From: Nitrospinales bacterium
GTDB lineage: Bacteria; Nitrospinota; Nitrospinia; Nitrospinales; VA-1
Length of the DNA: 64,000 nt
Reading direction: 5' to 3'
NCBI GenBank assembly: GCA_965262115.1
Contig: OZ253496.1
Coordinates: 2,048,001-2,112,000, forward strand
Part shown: one piece after another, positions 62,187 through 64,000 of the stretch
Layout of the letters: every line of letters begins with the position of its first letter
Position numbering within the stretch: position 1 is the stretch's first letter
Translations under genes and position numbers: made by a program
The notes under the pieces: generated by a model
Told to the model about the DNA's origin: nothing
Seen by the model: the letters and a program-made list of their open reading frames with translations, nothing else
Databases searched by the model: none

Positions 62187-63542
62187 ATGAAGGCGAAACC
62201 CACCCGCGCACTTCCCTTTTTATTACTCTTAATTCTCCTTTTCCCTGTCAATGCATTTGCTTTGGTTTTCGATACCTCAAATGATGAGTTAAAAAAAGTA
62301 GCCCATGAGTTAAAAAGGTTCAACATCCATTTGGAAAACTTAAAAACTAATGAGTTTTCAAATTTACGGGGACAGCAAGAAGATCTTTTGCGCCAGATTG
62401 AAGAAATTAAACAGATTCTCCCGCAATTACAGGGGGCAGTCGAGCTGAACAAATCCGAAACCTTGAGCGGTCTGGGAAAAACCAATGCCAAGCTGTATGA
62501 TTTGGCGGTGGAAGTTAAAAACCAGGTTTTGGGGGAAATCCGCCAGCAAAACAAAAACCTGCAACAGTTTGGGGAAGGGCAGAAAAGACTGAAAGAGGGG
62601 CTGGCACAGGATATAGAAAAATTCGAACAATCCAGTAAAACAAATTTCCGGGAGTTTGCCGCAGCGAATAACAAGACACTGGAAAGAGTTGTTCAACAGT
62701 TGGAAGCGCAGAGCGCCACAACCAAAAAAGGCTTCGATGATATCATCGCTCTTTTTAAAGCAGATGTTATTCCCGCCATCGCTACGGACAACCAGAAGAT
62801 CCGGCAAATGGTTCTGGAGCACTTGACGAATGCCAACAAGGAAACCCGGAAAAACCTGGAAGCCTTCTCTGCCAAAAATCAACAATTGAACCAGAAGTTG
62901 ATCAAAATTCTTGAGGAGAGTTTGAAGCAGGGTCTGAACACCAGATCCCTGCTGGATTTCATCAAAAAAGATATGGAAAGCACTCGTGTCAGAGTGGAAG
63001 GGACGAATGCTAACCTTATTGCTGCGGATGAAAAAATTAATATGTTGGTCGGGAGCCTAGAAGCACTGCAAGCTCAAAACACCGCATCCAATAAAGAGCT
63101 TGTTGTTCTCAAAGCGGAACTGGAGCAGGCCGGGGAGTTCAACAAATTAGCCGATGAAAAGGTCAACAAGCTTATCGACCTTTCCTTAGACCTTGCTACT
63201 CATTCCGAAGAATTGGAAAATTCGGTGGTTGGGCAGTTAAAAGATTCGGCGCAGAAGGTGGGCCTGGTAGATGAGAAGCTCTCCCGCCTGATTGAAATTC
63301 TTAAGGCGATCGCCGAGGAACAGGATAAGCTGGGTCCTGTTGCCACGACACTGGCTAAGATGCAAAAGGAGCAGGAGGCTTTGCAAGAGACTCAGACAGG
63401 TCTCAGGAAAAGTCAGGGAGAAATCAAGGAGGCACTCGCCGATTTACGCCGAAAAGCGAATGTTAATATTTCCCGAAACGATGATATTAAGAAAACCCTT
63501 GGGCAATTAGGTTCCTCGAAAAGTAAGACCGGTGGTCAATAG
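62187..63542 (+). CDS. Exported long coiled-coil hypothetical protein
   Basis: Signal peptide; heptad-like L/E/K/Q-rich sequence. Confidence 0.75.
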   Translation: MKAKPTRALPFLLLLILLFPVNAFALVFDTSNDELKKVAHELKRFNIHLENLKTNEFSNLRGQQEDLLRQIEEIKQILPQLQGAVELNKSETLSGLGKTNAKLYDLAVEVKNQVLGEIRQQNKNLQQFGEGQKRLKEGLAQDIEKFEQSSKTNFREFAAANNKTLERVVQQLEAQSATTKKGFDDIIALFKADVIPAIATDNQKIRQMVLEHLTNANKETRKNLEAFSAKNQQLNQKLIKILEESLKQGLNTRSLLDFIKKDMESTRVRVEGTNANLIAADEKINMLVGSLEALQAQNTASNKELVVLKAELEQAGEFNKLADEKVNKLIDLSLDLATHSEELENSVVGQLKDSAQKVGLVDEKLSRLIEILKAIAEEQDKLGPVATTLAKMQKEQEALQETQTGLRKSQGEIKEALADLRRKANVNISRNDDIKKTLGQLGSSKSKTGGQ

Positions 63543-63636
63543 AATAGCCGGGCGACAAAAGCTTTTTCGAGGCCTAAAAATGTTTCTGCTTTTTCAGAAC
63601 TTGACCGATTGCTGACTCCCGTTGCTCCGCTTGATT

Positions 63637-64000
63637 ATGGCTAAAACCACTACTATTTTTGTCTGTCAGGAATGCGGACACCAGATTCCAAAGTGGATGG
63701 GAAAGTGTCCCGAATGTATGGCCTGGAACAGCTTTGTCGAAGAGGCCTCGCGCCTACCGTCGGCTTCGCGTAATGCTAAACGAAGCCCGGATTCCTCAGT
63801 ATTAATCCCCATCACAGAAGTTCAGTCGATCGTCGATAATCGTTTGACCACCGGCATCGAAGAGTTTGACCGGGTTCTCGGCGGAGGTATGGTCGAGGGC
63901 TCGCTCATCCTGATCGGGGGCGAACCGGGGATCGGGAAGTCTACCCTCATTTTACAAAGCATGGGCCACTTGGCCCGGCTTGGGAAAAAGGTTCTGTATG
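63637..64000 (+). CDS. radA: DNA repair protein RadA (5' part)
   Basis: Manual translation MAKTTTIFVCQECG...KWMGKCPEC..WNSFVEE...TGIEEFDRVLGGG...GGEPGIGKSTL. Confidence 0.95.
   Translation, partial: MAKTTTIFVCQECGHQIPKWMGKCPECMAWNSFVEEASRLPSASRNAKRSPDSSVLIPITEVQSIVDNRLTTGIEEFDRVLGGGMVEGSLILIGGEPGIGKSTLILQSMGHLARLGKKVLY

Noticed and set aside
1..64000. tRNA/rRNA genes, integron or prophage
   Set aside because: I recognised no cloverleaf or rRNA signature, integrase or phage gene by eye; tRNAscan and Rfam were not run

Overview
Bacterial chromosomal window dominated by housekeeping genes: trxA, bioB, aroA, thyX, pntAB, rluB/scpB, dcd, cysS, cysD/cysN, PMM/PGM, pcm, moeB, ettA, efp, a tol-pal operon and the start of radA. 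It also carries a four-gene c-type cytochrome cluster followed by a two-component system. The gene content resembles a Nitrospinota-like chemolithotroph, but this is inference only. I recognised no rRNA, tRNA or CRISPR array. The most unusual signal is intergenic and consists of nested small elements. (i) Three MITEs share ~15-bp terminal inverted repeats and have perfect 9-bp target duplications; they carry two unrelated palindromic cargos and each sits in the loop of another hairpin repeat. (ii) About 17 copies of a modular hairpin-ended repeat often supply or abut TAG stop codons and gene termini. (iii) An AT-rich GIY-YIG nuclease gene, hidden from the ORF track by a 1-bp frameshift inside its YIG motif, is bracketed by inverted copies of one of these repeats. 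There is also an IS3 remnant that truncates an AT-rich gene and a frameshifted BASS transporter. All protein calls come from motif recognition by eye; no searches were run.
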